The position numbers and the translations under genes are program-made. Below, one piece after another: positions 12,380 through 25,326 of a stretch of DNA of 64,000 bases; position 1 is the stretch's first letter; each line of letters begins with the position of its first letter. This stretch comes from Paramecium tetraurelia (Eukaryota), in the NCBI GenBank assembly GCA_000165425.1, contig CT868396.1, forward strand, positions 146,826 to 210,825, read 5' to 3'. The notes under the pieces were generated by a model. That model saw only the letters and a list, made by a program, of their open reading frames with translations, was not told where the DNA came from and did not search any database.

Positions 12380-12972
12380 ATGGAAGAATAAGGTGAGCGT
12401 CCAGAAACATCAAAGTGCTCGAGGATGGAAAAACGAAGATTGGTGTCACAGTGTCATCAAAGACAGGAGTCTAGTCAAGCTCAGAGAATTAATGGGATCA
12501 CTTTATAATAATATTTCAGAGGAGGCAACTTCAAAGTCCTGGAGATTAATGAAGATGATTGGGATAATGAATAACCTGGGCAACAGGCAACCAAAGCTCC
12601 ACCTCTTTAAAATAACAATTTTCGTATTAAAACTGATAAGAAAATGAACAACAAAAAACTACTTGAAAGATCCCCTGTCTAAAACCTAACTATGAGCAAG
12701 GATTTTAACCAACGTAAAATTAATCGAGTAAGTAAAGCAATTGACTATTATGCTAGCCTCATATAACATCAAATGAATTCTTTCAAAATGAAGACGATCT
12801 TCGTAAAACTAAGTTAGAATTGAAGTACGGTCGTATGAGGGAGGATGCAATTAATCGCTTTGGCAATCCGGATCAGGAACTATTAAATAAATATGCAGAT
12901 AAATTTAACATCAATAAGGAACCTCCAAAATTAACACTTGCACCAAGAGAACTCTTTACAAAATTTAAATGA
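12380..12972 (+). CDS. Hypothetical protein
   Basis: MEEQGERPETSKCSR...LFTKFK*; one intron near 12728-12756. Confidence 0.7.
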
Positions 12973-13237
12973 ATATAAATTCTTTTTTTCATTGCCACTG
13001 CAAGTTTGAAATACTTCTTCAATCAAAGACAATAAACACTAAAATCTCTTTGTTTTTCGATCCTTCTACCTACTCATTGTCAAATACAAATTCTGTCGTA
13101 TGGACATCCAAATCTAATCAGTGATCAGTAATCCTAATCTATTTTACTCAATCACTATATATGCTTTTTATGATATTCACTAAAAATTAAACACTTTTCA
13201 GCATATTATTAATTTATATATATAATTTATAGAGAGA

Positions 13238-13624
13238 ATGTCCAATAAAAATTACACTATGATTCATTACCATATCCCTTAAGATTTGGATGATCCCGAA
13301 TAACCCAACGCTTACACGTATTGACTATGGCTAAATGTTATTAGACTTCAGTTAAATATCAAAGATATCACATACACAGATATTCTAAAGACATTCCCAA
13401 TCAAGGGATAATTCGATTTCAAATTCCTATATCAACATCAAAAAGAAAACTTTTGGCTTGACATCAAATCTAATGCCACTCCTTTGCCAATAGTGAATAA
13501 ACATATTCATATAAGAGCTGAGCGTGTTTAAAAACCATAAGAAACTCAACCAATATAAATTGTTTAGCCATTACAGCAAAGCCAGCCTACATTATAATAA
13601 TAGAATGATTTAATGTAATTTTGA
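13238..13624 (+). CDS. Small DIX-domain protein
   Basis: IHYHIPQDLDDPEQPNAY..ITYTDILKTFPIKGQFDFKF..FWLDIKSNATPLPIVNKHIHIRAERV matches the DIX pattern; 27-nt intron at 13318-13344; Q-rich tail. Confidence 0.75.
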
Positions 13625-13835
13625 AGAATAGATGCATTGTATATTCTCAAATTTAAATCATTAATATTTTATTTCTAAACTCTTTTTTCCCTAGACTCTC
13701 ACTCATTAACTTTAAATACATCAAGAATAATCAATATCAAGAATCGGTCCTTATTAAATAGATTATCGCAAAATTCCTTTGTTCATTATTTTTGTATGAA
13801 TTCTTATGGTCATCAAATACAAAAATTTAATAATA

Positions 13836-15148
13836 ATGATATTTAATTTGGTATTCTTCTACTACGCATACGGAGTATCAATAAACTTATTCAGAAAATA
13901 ACAACTAGATTATGCTAACATGTCAAATTTTGACAACTTACTCTTCTATGGTATAATAGAGATAGGGACCCCACCCCAATTAATTTCTGTCGCTTTTGAT
14001 ACTGGATCTAGTATATTATGGGTGCCTTCCGTTAAATGTAAAAATTGCTAGTAGACCATCACGTTTTCACCTGATGAATCAGAAACATTGAAATAAACAC
14101 ATTAAACAATAACAATTCAAGTATAGAATAATTTCAATTTCAGTACGCCAATTCAGAAGTCTTTGGTTTTTTAGTCGAGGATTATGTGGGTTTGCAAGGG
14201 TCAAATTTTCTTTCTTTTATGCCTTTCTTATTAGTCACCAATTAAGAGAATTTTTATGGAAATTAAACTTAAGGAATTATGGGGTTAAATAATGAAATTT
14301 CAACTCAAAATATATTCGATGTTGCTTCTTAGCAAGGCCTATTGAATAATTCAGTATTCGTCATGCAAATAAACCAAGAACCACAACAATCAAGAATTTA
14401 CTACAATATTTCAAATTAAAAACTTAATAATGGTACATTTTGGATAAATTCAATCAGTAAGCAATATTGGGTAAATTAATAATGATATCATTAGAGCATT
14501 CCAATTGATTAAGTTTAAGTAAAAGATTAAGTAAAGAAATTGATTAAATATAATTGCGGCATAGTGGATTCTGGAACTTCTGGCTTGTTTCTGGCTGAAG
14601 ACTTGTTTTAACTTGTTATGGATTCATTGCTTAAAGTATGCAAAAAGTACCTTCTTATTGTACTTTGTCCTTGCTATCCAAATGAATACGAATAATAATA
14701 TATTCCAGATATAGTCTTTTTTTCTAATGGAAAGAAATTTACCATCTCTTACTAAAGCTATATATATTACCAAAGCATGGAGAATGGCTATTGCTAAATA
14801 ACTCTGAGAAGTATGAATATGTTGGATGGTTTGCTTGATTGCATGATCTTTGGAGACCCATTTCTATTAAATTATATCATAATCTTTGACAAACAAAAAA
14901 ATAGAATGGGATTTTAAAATTCAAGTCTAGAACTTTGGGATGTTGCGCCTTAGATCTCTAATGATTATCCTCTTCAAGTCGTTGGGTTAACTTGGTTTTC
15001 ATTAACTGCTTATTTCTTAATATTAGGAGTTCTTTTCTACTACAATAATTTGATGTTTAAAGTAGACTAGGTTGAAGATTAAAATACTTCTGAATAAGAG
15101 TTACCAAATGAAAACACTTCTTTACAAGCAGCTCTAGTCAAAAAGTGA
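13836..15148 (+). CDS. Pepsin-family (A1) aspartic protease with C-terminal transmembrane anchor
   Basis: Hydrophobic N-terminus; FYGIIEIGTPPQ..AFDTGSSILWVPS; second catalytic IVDSGTS; IFGDPFL; TM segment VVGLTWFSLTAYFLILGVLFYY. Confidence 0.9.
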
Positions 15149-15377
15149 TGGTGATCAAATTATATGTTTTTTTAAAAAATATTACCTAAAAGTTAATCAT
15201 GTTTATCATTAATTCATTTTTCTATCAAGAGTAAAGTTGTAAAAGTTAAAATAAATTTATATAAAATTTGAGTTGAGAAGAGAAGTCATAAATTTCAAAG
15301 TTCTATTTTGAGTTCAAATACAATTCTTAAGAAAAAAAACTGAATTTATCAAAAATTTTGATTTATTAATTTCATAA

Positions 15378-18300
15378 TCATTAAAACTAAATTAGCTCTT
15401 TTAAGCATTCATCCATTAATTAATCTTAAACCATCTATGAAATTTCAACTAGAATTTCAGATTATTCTTCATCATATATCAGCCATCTCTCTTCATTTTG
15501 ATAAATCTTTAATTATTATCAATAACCATACTTCTTAATTAAGCATTCTTATCATCCTCTCCTCTTTAATTTGATTTAAGTATTCTTAATCTAACATTAG
15601 AATTTTTGGGAATGGGGAGTCAGGCTTATCGATTATCAAACCTACTAAGAATGATGCCCAATCAGTGACCTATTTTATAGCTCCTTAGAATATCTCTTAA
15701 AGAGTCTCTGACTTCTTATTTCTATTAATGGGATTAAACTTATAAGTACCTTTATATCAATTCTAATGGCTGTTTAATCCAAGGCAGGGGATAACCATTT
15801 AACCCGAAAGGTCTAAAGTAATCCAAAGCTTCATTTAGTGCATCATACAGGACTTTATTATGAATATGCTCTAATTCCAACAAAAACCCATCATCCGAAG
15901 AGATTTGTTCTTCCTCCATCAGCTAATTCTCTAATTAAGCATATTATTCTGTCTATAAGATAGGTTAATTTGATTAATCATCGTGTTCGCTGGATTGATA
16001 ATCATCCTCTTCATCATAATAATGGAAAAATTTCAAGATTTCTTTTGGAGTTGGCCCCAAAGGAGTATTTATTCTTTAGATCAATGCTACTTTCCTATCA
16101 GACTGCAATAAGAATGATTCTAACTTGGCTAAATAGACTTTGACTTATTAAATATTGGTCTTAATTCCTTTGCTTTGCTGGAACTTTATTAATGTAGTGA
16201 TGTCTTTGTTGTACAACTTCAATTCTTCATACATATCTTGTATTTCATTTCCAATAATTGAGTTAGCAATTAAAATGGAATATGATTAGATTTATGAATC
16301 ATTATACTCAGGTTCTTTATGTATAAGTGTAGAGACTTTGATGACTTGGGATTGTTGAATCTTACCACAGTCTAAATTATCACTTGTGTACAACATTTCA
16401 TCATCCCATTCCAAATTTTCGTAGATTTATTATTGATTATATTATTATTACTATTGACGTGGAGATGGGGAAGGAGAAGTTTTAGGAACTTTTCTGATAT
16501 CTTATGATTCACAGATGGATGAACTAAAATTCATAGTTACAGTATCAAAATTATTGGTTTTTACTATTTTTGATTGTGATCCTGAATTGATTTCTCTTAT
16601 CAATCTCAAGTTACTGACATTTTCACTTGAGAATGAGGAGGTTAATTACTGATTTTTCAACTTAGACATAAATAATAAATCTTTTTATGTTCTCATAAAT
16701 GTCTCATATAATCCTTTCCATCCATTTTCAATGTTCGATTTCTGTTATTTGAAGTCTTCTTTTTCTTTAGTAACCCACTTTTCAATTTTGAATTTTTACT
16801 TTTCATATGTTTTAGGACTGATTTATTTTTGTTACAATGCTTCATGAATATTTTTCATTTCATTTTTTTGTCTTTCTTCAATTGCTGTCTCTCTCATTTA
16901 GATTAATTTATTCATATACTCTCGATTGAGAAGTTCTTTGAATTTTTTTGATGCAAAATCATAGAATGGATTCTATTCAAACAAGGAAGCATCTTTATTA
17001 GCAGGTGATGAAGTCTATGATAATTTAACTAGATTCTCAGATCCCATCACTTATCTAATTTCACTCATTTCTACTGACTGTTATTATTCTTGCTTATCTA
17101 AATTATCTTCATTCATTTCTCCATCTATTTCATTTGTTAATTACAATGTGAAAGCCTTTAAATCCTACAAGACTTCCTTAATATTTTATTTAGATCCTTT
17201 CCTTTATAATTGTGAAATGTGCTCTAACATTTGATGCCATTGTTGTTTTTATTTTTCAATGATAATTTTATGATTTGATTTCTATTGAGGCAACTTCTTA
17301 ATAGATGACACCTTTTAAGAATTGAATTGATCTTCATTTTCATCATCCCAATCCAATTAATCAATAAACGTATTGAATCCATTTTTATCATTCTTTTTCT
17401 AAGATGACTTCAATCCACTCTGCTCCTTACCTATCTACACTGATTGACAGATGGGTTCCAATTAAGCTTATCTCTAACTCAAATTTGGAGTTAATTGATC
17501 CAACTTGATTTCATCTTCATCATCTTCAACATAGTTCTTGTAATATGATAATATTTGTCTCGTCTTATAACCTCTCCAAACCTTTTAAATTATAATTGCA
17601 GCCTTAACGATTTAAGCCATTTCTTTTTCCAGGTTTCCCAATTCTTGGATTTGTTATTCCTCATCCTCATCCAAGGTTGGCTCAGAAATAACATGCTACC
17701 GCCTAGTGCTTTTATGTATTGAGTCCATTTAAGATATACCTTCTTGATCGCTGTCCAATACTAATCCAAAACAACTTTGATTATCTTTGGGTTCTCCATT
17801 GATTTGAGCATAACGATTAGCTAGATTCTGATATTTCATAATCAATTCTTTTTTCTTATCTGCCATCGATGATTTTGTTCTTTTCTTTTTATGAAAGGAC
17901 ACTGACTTTTTTTGATGCACGGATGTAGTATGATTACGATCTATTGTAAATTATAATGTTTTATTTACATTTAATATATTCGTTTAAATTCTATAAATTT
18001 TGTTAGATTTTAGTTTATCTATCTATTTCTTGTTGTTTTTTGAACTGCATTTCAAATTAAATTTGTCTTTTCTTCCATTCTTTGTACATTCGTATCTCTT
18101 GTAATTGTTATTCATTGAATTTTGGTTAATATTGTGTTTATTCCTCCTCTTCATTGACCTTCTATTCTAAACAATATCTAAATACATATTTACTATTAAT
18201 CATCTATTTGATTTTCCTTTTTGGAAGGTGATTCAAAAATGAGACTCCCAAAATCTCTCGACGATCTTCCTTTGGTTCTTCCTCCTTACCTTTCCTCATC

Positions 18301-18552
18301 TATTGTTGATACAATAGGTTGTCTCTCTTCGCCAATTAAGCAAAGATATAATTCTTAAGTCTTTCTTGATTCAATCCCCAAGGAAGGGGTGATTGATTAG
18401 TTTATTTTGATTTGCCTTGCTTCTTTTTCTTCTTTTTTGGTTCTCCATCATAAAGTTTTTCTCCTTTGCTTTTGGCAGCTCTCTAGTTTATAAATATAAC
18501 TCTACTTATTCTTCTCTAGATTCAGATTGATGTTTATATTGATACCTGACAT
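15378..18552 (-). CDS. CEP350-like basal-body/centrosomal protein (IQ motif, coiled coil, DUF4378-like C-terminus)
   Basis: IQ motif AAIIIQKVWRGYKTR; QMRETAIEERQK; C-terminal IHNKVLYDALNEALDYFRPFG...WLIYDEEQSEILVEISQMVQDQLMDECL. Confidence 0.7.
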
Positions 18553-19411
18553 TTTTTATAAATACACAATTTGAATTATTATGATAAAATTTGAAAAATT
18601 TATATTAAATTATAAGAGTTATTTATTTTTCCTTGGTTTCATTTGAATTGGGATGAGGACCTTAAATTTGATCGTATTCAGATGGATTTAATTATTCCAA
18701 TAAAATGGCACCTTATTGGATTTTACTCCATCAGATGAATCTAATATTGTAAATTAAATTAGAGTAATAAGTTGAGAATGTCTAGAAATAGTATTAATAT
18801 TATGCTTTGAGTATATATTATACAAATATAGCTATATGAATTCTCAAAGAAAACAACAATTCTGTTTAAATTCTTGTTTTTTGATATATTAGATAGGTAT
18901 ATATAATATTAGATTCTGAATATATTACTCACAATTGAAAATTATTTCACTTTGTTATATTTATGATTATTTAACCAGAACAGACATTATCCTATTATAT
19001 ATCCCATCAACAGTATATAATATAGTTTAATGATTAAAATGTTTTTCTCCTATAATTTTTGTATTAAGGAATAAACTATAAGATCTACATTAGTTTGTTT
19101 AGTAATGGCATAGATCGTTGAAATTGAACCTTATTTGATTTAGAGTAATTTATTTAAATTGGAATGTATTAAGACAATATTTTATTTCTTAACCTACTAA
19201 TATGATGTTAATGTTCACCAATAATCCAAATCCAAATTAAGGATTAAAAATGGATAATTATTATCAGAAAATGAAAGTGGTTTGTTTATTGGAAATAACA
19301 TATTAATAAAACCAGGATAATGGATTTGCAAATAAGACAAAGGAGAGGTAAATTAATAGTAGGATTTTTTGGATTGAATAATGATTTCCTTATGTTATTG
19401 ATATTGATTAA

Positions 19412-22145
19412 TCAAAATGCTTGGTAACCTCCATAATTGAATAGGACTCTAGTGAATAAGCTATCTATAGTCATTCCATCTGATTCATCCTTTGCAACAA
19501 TTTCCTTAGCTTTATCAGAGTCTTTATTTTTTAACTCTGCAAAGCATTTGCAACAATAGTCAATATAACCCTAAATGAATAGAATAATAATATACTCCTC
19601 CTCGATATCTTCCAGGTCTAGCAGTAACAGAAATGTATCTTGGACCCTTGGCTCCTTCTCCACATCCATTGCACATCATAGGATGACTTTATTCTGCTTT
19701 CTCACCTTCTTTCAACTTCAAGTTCTTTCCAATTTTGTGTTCATCAATATTTGTTAACACTGATGGGTCTGATAATGGGCCATTAATAAATATTAAAGAA
19801 TCCTGATATTTATATCTTTCCATTCCATTTTTAGTTTGATCATCAAATTCTGCGCATTCTGTGCAAACATTTTCATCCTTAAAGTAGCAATAGTATTATT
19901 AAGCATCTTTTGAAATATCCTTTTAACACACTGCACAAACAGTTCCTGGATATTTAACTGTAATGGTCTTTGAAATTGTTTTATTAATCTTCCATCTAGT
20001 TTCTGGAACGATTTAATAAAGCTTGGCCAAAATAGTTTTAAGACTTTCGACTTGAGTGTCTCTAACAAAGTAATTGAGCTCAACAGTTTCAATTTAATAT
20101 TAGTCTCCTTCTGCTTAAGTGGAATTGATTTTAAGATCAAAGGCGATCACTTTTTGTTAATCAATTGATTTTATCAAAGCTTCTGTTTCTTCACTTTAGA
20201 GAATGTCTTTGATTTGGTTTATACAATCTTAGCCTAGGAATATAGGCTCAGCTTGTTCGAGAGATTTCTTAGGAGCTTCTTCCTTTATCAAATCTTCGAC
20301 AACTTCTTTCATGTTACTGACTGAAGCCACATTTCTAATTGTACCGAATTTATCTACAATAATGTAATGAGGAATGTATTGAACTCCATACAAAGTTGCA
20401 TCCCTTTATCTTTGTTCTTTTGGGAAATAAAACTCAATATATTTTTAGCTTTCTTGATGAGAGTCCATAAATTCTTTAGCTTCTTCTGCCAAGACCAAAC
20501 TCAAAGAAACAAATCTAACAGAATTGCCCCATTTTTCTTAGTTTTCCTTGATAAGATCTGTGTTATTTGCAATTTCTCTAACACATGGACCACACCATTT
20601 GGCCCAATAATCAAGAACTAAGACTTGACCTTAAGTGTGTGCGATGGTAGTGAATTCTTCAGATCCCCATTTCTTGTAATCGTCAATTGAGACAAATTAT
20701 TTACCTTCCCCAAGAGTAACATTTTATTTTAAGCCTTCAACAATCGATTCAATGGTTTCTCTAATTCCTTAGTTCTCATCATCTTCGAATGATTCTGTGT
20801 ATTCTCTCAATTCATCCAATCCAGTTTTATAGGCATCTAAGGTGAGATTTTCACATTTAAGTGTAAATCTTTGTCTATCTCTAGCTGTTATTTCTTATTT
20901 TTCTTAACTCAAACTAAAACTTGAAATTTAAGTTGTTGGGAATGAAATAGTAACGCCTTTGGTTTCAAAATGAGATTAAAATTTAGCTTTTATTTCCTTG
21001 ATTTATCTTTAAGGATCTCTAATTTTAGATTCTTTTACAACTTTCAAATCATCTGAGATTTGATTCCAATGATTTTAAAGGAATGCATTAATTTTCTCTT
21101 CTTCTGCAACATTAACATCATATCTAAGTTCGAGTTTAGATCTCTTTTTAACTTATTTAGATCCATCATGAATCCAATGATTTTCTTTCTGTAATTATAT
21201 TTCTACGATTCCATCAAATTAAGCATCTGTAATAACAGTTTATAATTCCTTTATTTTGTCTTTTAACTATTTGTATTATTCCTTAGTCAATAATTCTTTT
21301 TGGTTGTTATTTTCTGCTGCATTTTCTTGATTCGGTTTTTATTCTTCTTCTTCTTTTTCAGCTGCTATTTCTTTATTTATTCTTTCTTCCAAATTGCCTT
21401 TTGAAGGGTGTCCCAAATACACAATCTTTCCCCACTTATTTACAAGTAAAACAAATGGAATTCCTCTGAGTTAGAGATATTTAATAAGATCGTTTTGGTC
21501 ATCCCATCCCTTCTCAAATCTATAATGTTCTATGGATTTCCATTTTTTTGAATTGACTCTTTCTTTCACTGATTCAGAGTCGTCATCAACAGAGATAGCT
21601 ATAATCTTTGCCTTATTCTACCAATCTGGATTCTTTTCCAACATTTTTTAATTATGTTCCATTGGATTTTAACATGGACCACACCATGTAGCCTAAATAA
21701 ATATTATTTATAATTATTACCCATAAGTCAATCAAATAAACAATACCATCTTCTACTTAAAAGGTTGTCTTTTCGGTTTTGTGAGTATTATCTTCTGCAA
21801 AAATAATTTTCTCAATTCCATCCACCAATTGAAGTTTGTCACCAAGTTAGTAATTAGGTGTTAGTGTTTATATTAGTGTATTTATTTCATCCTTTACATC
21901 TTGTATAACCTCCTCTCCTAAAGAATTGGATGATTATTTCAAAGTGTTATGAAGTTACGCATTTACTGCACCTAATTGTTTTGTACTTCTAAATACTCTT
22001 GTGCTTTGAACACTATGATATAATTATGTATTTACTTTTCAACTTTGGATCCTGCTTTGACAGTCTTTATGTGTTTTACAGCGATATCGTGAGGAAGTTC
22101 CTTTAAAAATTATTAAAGTATCTTTGTGTCGTCCTTAATTGACAT
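19412..22145 (-). CDS. Multidomain redoxin: two TlpA-like thioredoxin domains plus C-terminal ZZ/C1-like Zn-finger modules
   Basis: LIDLWATWCGPC (WCGPC at 21672-21686) with GIPF cis-Pro loop; LDYWAKWCGPC (20583-20597) with YIPHY. Then CAVC..YYCYF..CTEC and HPMMCNGC..GPRYI..DYCCKCF. Confidence 0.85.
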
Positions 22146-23086
22146 TTTAATTATGTAATTAATTAATTCTAATGTTATGTTATAACACAATCATCCGATG
22201 TATTCCGATCAGATTACTATATACACATAACTCACAAAATTATGATTATAATACCACTGAATTGCTAGTACTTGTAATTACATGAATAATTAAGCAAGTT
22301 TGCCCTTAATTCATAATATCAAAGTTCATTGTTCTCTTTTTGAATATAAATATATTTTATGAAAAAATCTGCCATTTTGATGTAATTATTAGGTGTAATT
22401 AATTATTTATTTAACTCTTCCAAAATATTTGTTAATGAGGATTTTATGACCTCATATAGGCTTTTTGGTCTGTATCAAAATGAATACAAAGATTTGCCTT
22501 AAGTTTAACTTAATTAAATCATAAATCATTTTCAAATTGAATAGAACCAGATTTACTTATTGTGTATATGAGGATATAATATAATACTTGATTTTTTAAA
22601 ACTAAAGACATTTAAATCATATTAGTTTTTATAAAATATTATTAATAAATGCTAAATATCAACATTTTTTAAAATAAAAGACCGAACACTGTTATTTATC
22701 ATATATTACTTTATGTTCTTTTCTTAATCATCATCAAAAGAGTATTTCCATAATCTTAGCTTCATCAGATATATTACAAATAATATACTAGGCCAATTAA
22801 CAAATAAGATTTTTAATTCTCATAGAGTTAAACAATAATCAAATTTTATCAAAGCAATCAATAACTTCTGATATTATATTTATCTCTATATTTATATTTC
22901 TTTTAATTATCTTTAGCTTATTAGGAGTTTACTTTGTGAAGGTCTAAAATTAGAATTTGTCAATCAATTAAATAATACTATAAGAGGAAACTAAATAATA
23001 CTCATAAATATTAGTCATCGTTAGTACTATATAAAGATTCAATTAAAAGACACATATTTAGAATTAAAATTATATTTATAAGGTTT

Positions 23087-23616
23087 ATGAAAGACAATGA
23101 TTCAATATCCACTCTAAACGAACAATTAAAAGACTAACTCTTAGATTCATCAACTTTGGAACCATCTATACAGAACAAAAACCACCAGAATATGATCTAA
23201 ACCCATGAAGTTTAAGGGTCAATGAAGAGAAAAAGCTACATAAAGAAATAAAAAAAAAAACGATAAGGAAGAAAATGTAGGGATTTTACAATTTAAGAGG
23301 ATTAGAAGCTGTTAGGGTTCATATTAATGTTTGGACCAAAATTCAAAACAATCTAAAGAAGGATGTCTGGAAGACCATTAAACATTTTGAAGAATAGATA
23401 CTATAGAGATCTACGATATCGATGGGATGAGGTTTTAGGAGAGTAATATTATTCATTTAAATATGTCCTAGAGAATTTGCTCACTTGAATGAAATAAAAA
23501 CAGATCTCATCCCTGATGAAATTTTGAAAAACCCACCTTTTGATCCAGATCTATCAAAAATTATGATGAACATGATGAATTAGATGTAAAATGTAATCAC
23601 AAAATGTTTGAATTGA
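23087..23616 (+). pseudogene. Possible decayed gene remnant inside a long AT-rich gap
   Basis: Protein-like segments (MKDNDSISTL..; GFYNLRGLEAVRVHINVWTKIQ; DLRYRWDEVLGE|EFAHLNEIKTDLIPDEILKNPPFDPDL) fall in different frames, with an intron-like GTA..TAG. Confidence 0.3.
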
Positions 23617-25326
23617 ATGTTCCATTGGCCTTATAATTGCATTTTAATTATATAAAAAGTATTTATTATCTTGTTTTGCGTTTAATCAGTTATTCATAAA
23701 TTAATATTAAATAAATATTGAAATAATTTACGCCTTATCTAAAATTTATTATTAAAATTTAAATATAACTATGATTTACTTCTTTATTATGATAAATATT
23801 CACTTTTATTTTCAATTTAACACCAATATATAACTCCCTAAATTATCAAGCATTCACAAAAGTTGAAATATAATTCAAATTACCCAATTTAAAAGTGAAA
23901 TGTTCCTTATTTGAATAGCAAATTGCGTTTCTTTTAGATACATTTGAAGTTGTGTATATATCACATAACTATTAACGAATTATCTCCATTGTAAACACAT
24001 TTATCTTTTAAATAATGTTGAAATAATCTATTTTAAGTATTAATATAAAAAATTAATAAATAAATTAATTCGTTTTTACTCCTTTATAATCCTTATTCTC
24101 TCCAAACTGAAAAAGTATTTAAATATAGAATTAATGTTATCATTAATTACTTTACTATATTATTTATCATGAAAAATTCATGTTTTTTACTTATTCCTTA
24201 TCTCATTTTTAAAGAATTTTAGAATAAAGTTTCTATGTCAACAATGAAATAACATAGATTAGAATATTACCCACTTAAACATTAAATAATGGTGTATTAT
24301 TGATAAAATTATGACGATTTCTATCAACTTTTTCTATTACTCTTATTCTGATCTCCTTAAATTCTAAAATTTTAATTTATTCTCTTATTCTTCGTATTCT
24401 AAATATCATTATTGTTTTAGTTTTACATTGTTCCTAAACTGAAGCTTTTGAAAGTGCATAAATTTAGAGAAATTTCTCCAAGACTTTAAAGACATTTATT
24501 TCATGGAGATTATGCAAAACAAAAGTTAATTGAAGGATAATTTAAAATAATATCAAGTAATAGCAATTTGATATTAAATTAAGTTAAATAAGAGTGATCT
24601 CTAACGAAAGAGTTAATTTAACTACTATTTATATTTATCAGAGTAATTAAATATAAATTAAAACTAAATTTTTTGTTCAATATATTAATAAGGATTATAA
24701 TTTTTAATTTTACAAAAAATTATAGGATCAAAATAGTCACCTATTATTTATCCTATTATAAGTAGTGCTTTTGACTAAAACCGTCAGAATCACAGGTTTA
24801 AAGTACTTGTCGATAAATGAAAAATGATCAAGACGAAATATAAACAAAAGGTTTCATATAGAAATCACTCTTTATTAATTTTGCATTGTGGAAAAATTAT
24901 AAATGGGTTTTGCACCATACATAACAGATGAAAAATAATAATTGTTAGAAATACGAAAATATTTCCAATATTTTTTCAATTATATTAAAAGCTAATTATT
25001 CTTCAATATTTATTTTAATATATTAGACTTGGTTCATTTATAACTATTAAATTTTTTTGTTTTAAAGTACTTAAAATGAAAGATACCAATCAGTTTAGAA
25101 TATAATGATCACCCTTCCCTAAAATGTATCATCTACCAAGAGTGTATTTAATTTTCAATATTTAAATGCTTACATAAATTGGCAAATTTGAATTATTTGA
25201 AGGAATATGCTTATCAATCTCTTCAGAATTGCGAATTTACTTGATAGACTATAAAACAGTTAAATCAACTTGAAAAAATGAAAAATATATTTCTGTGAAA
25301 TAACAAAAAAAATCATTTAATAAATT

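Noticed and set aside
12975..13204. Possible small - strand gene
   Set aside because: The ATG frame stops after 18 codons and no plausible intron links it to the longer frame.
20583..21686. Selenocysteine in the thioredoxin active sites
   Set aside because: Both sites are TGT-coded CGPC with no in-frame TGA.
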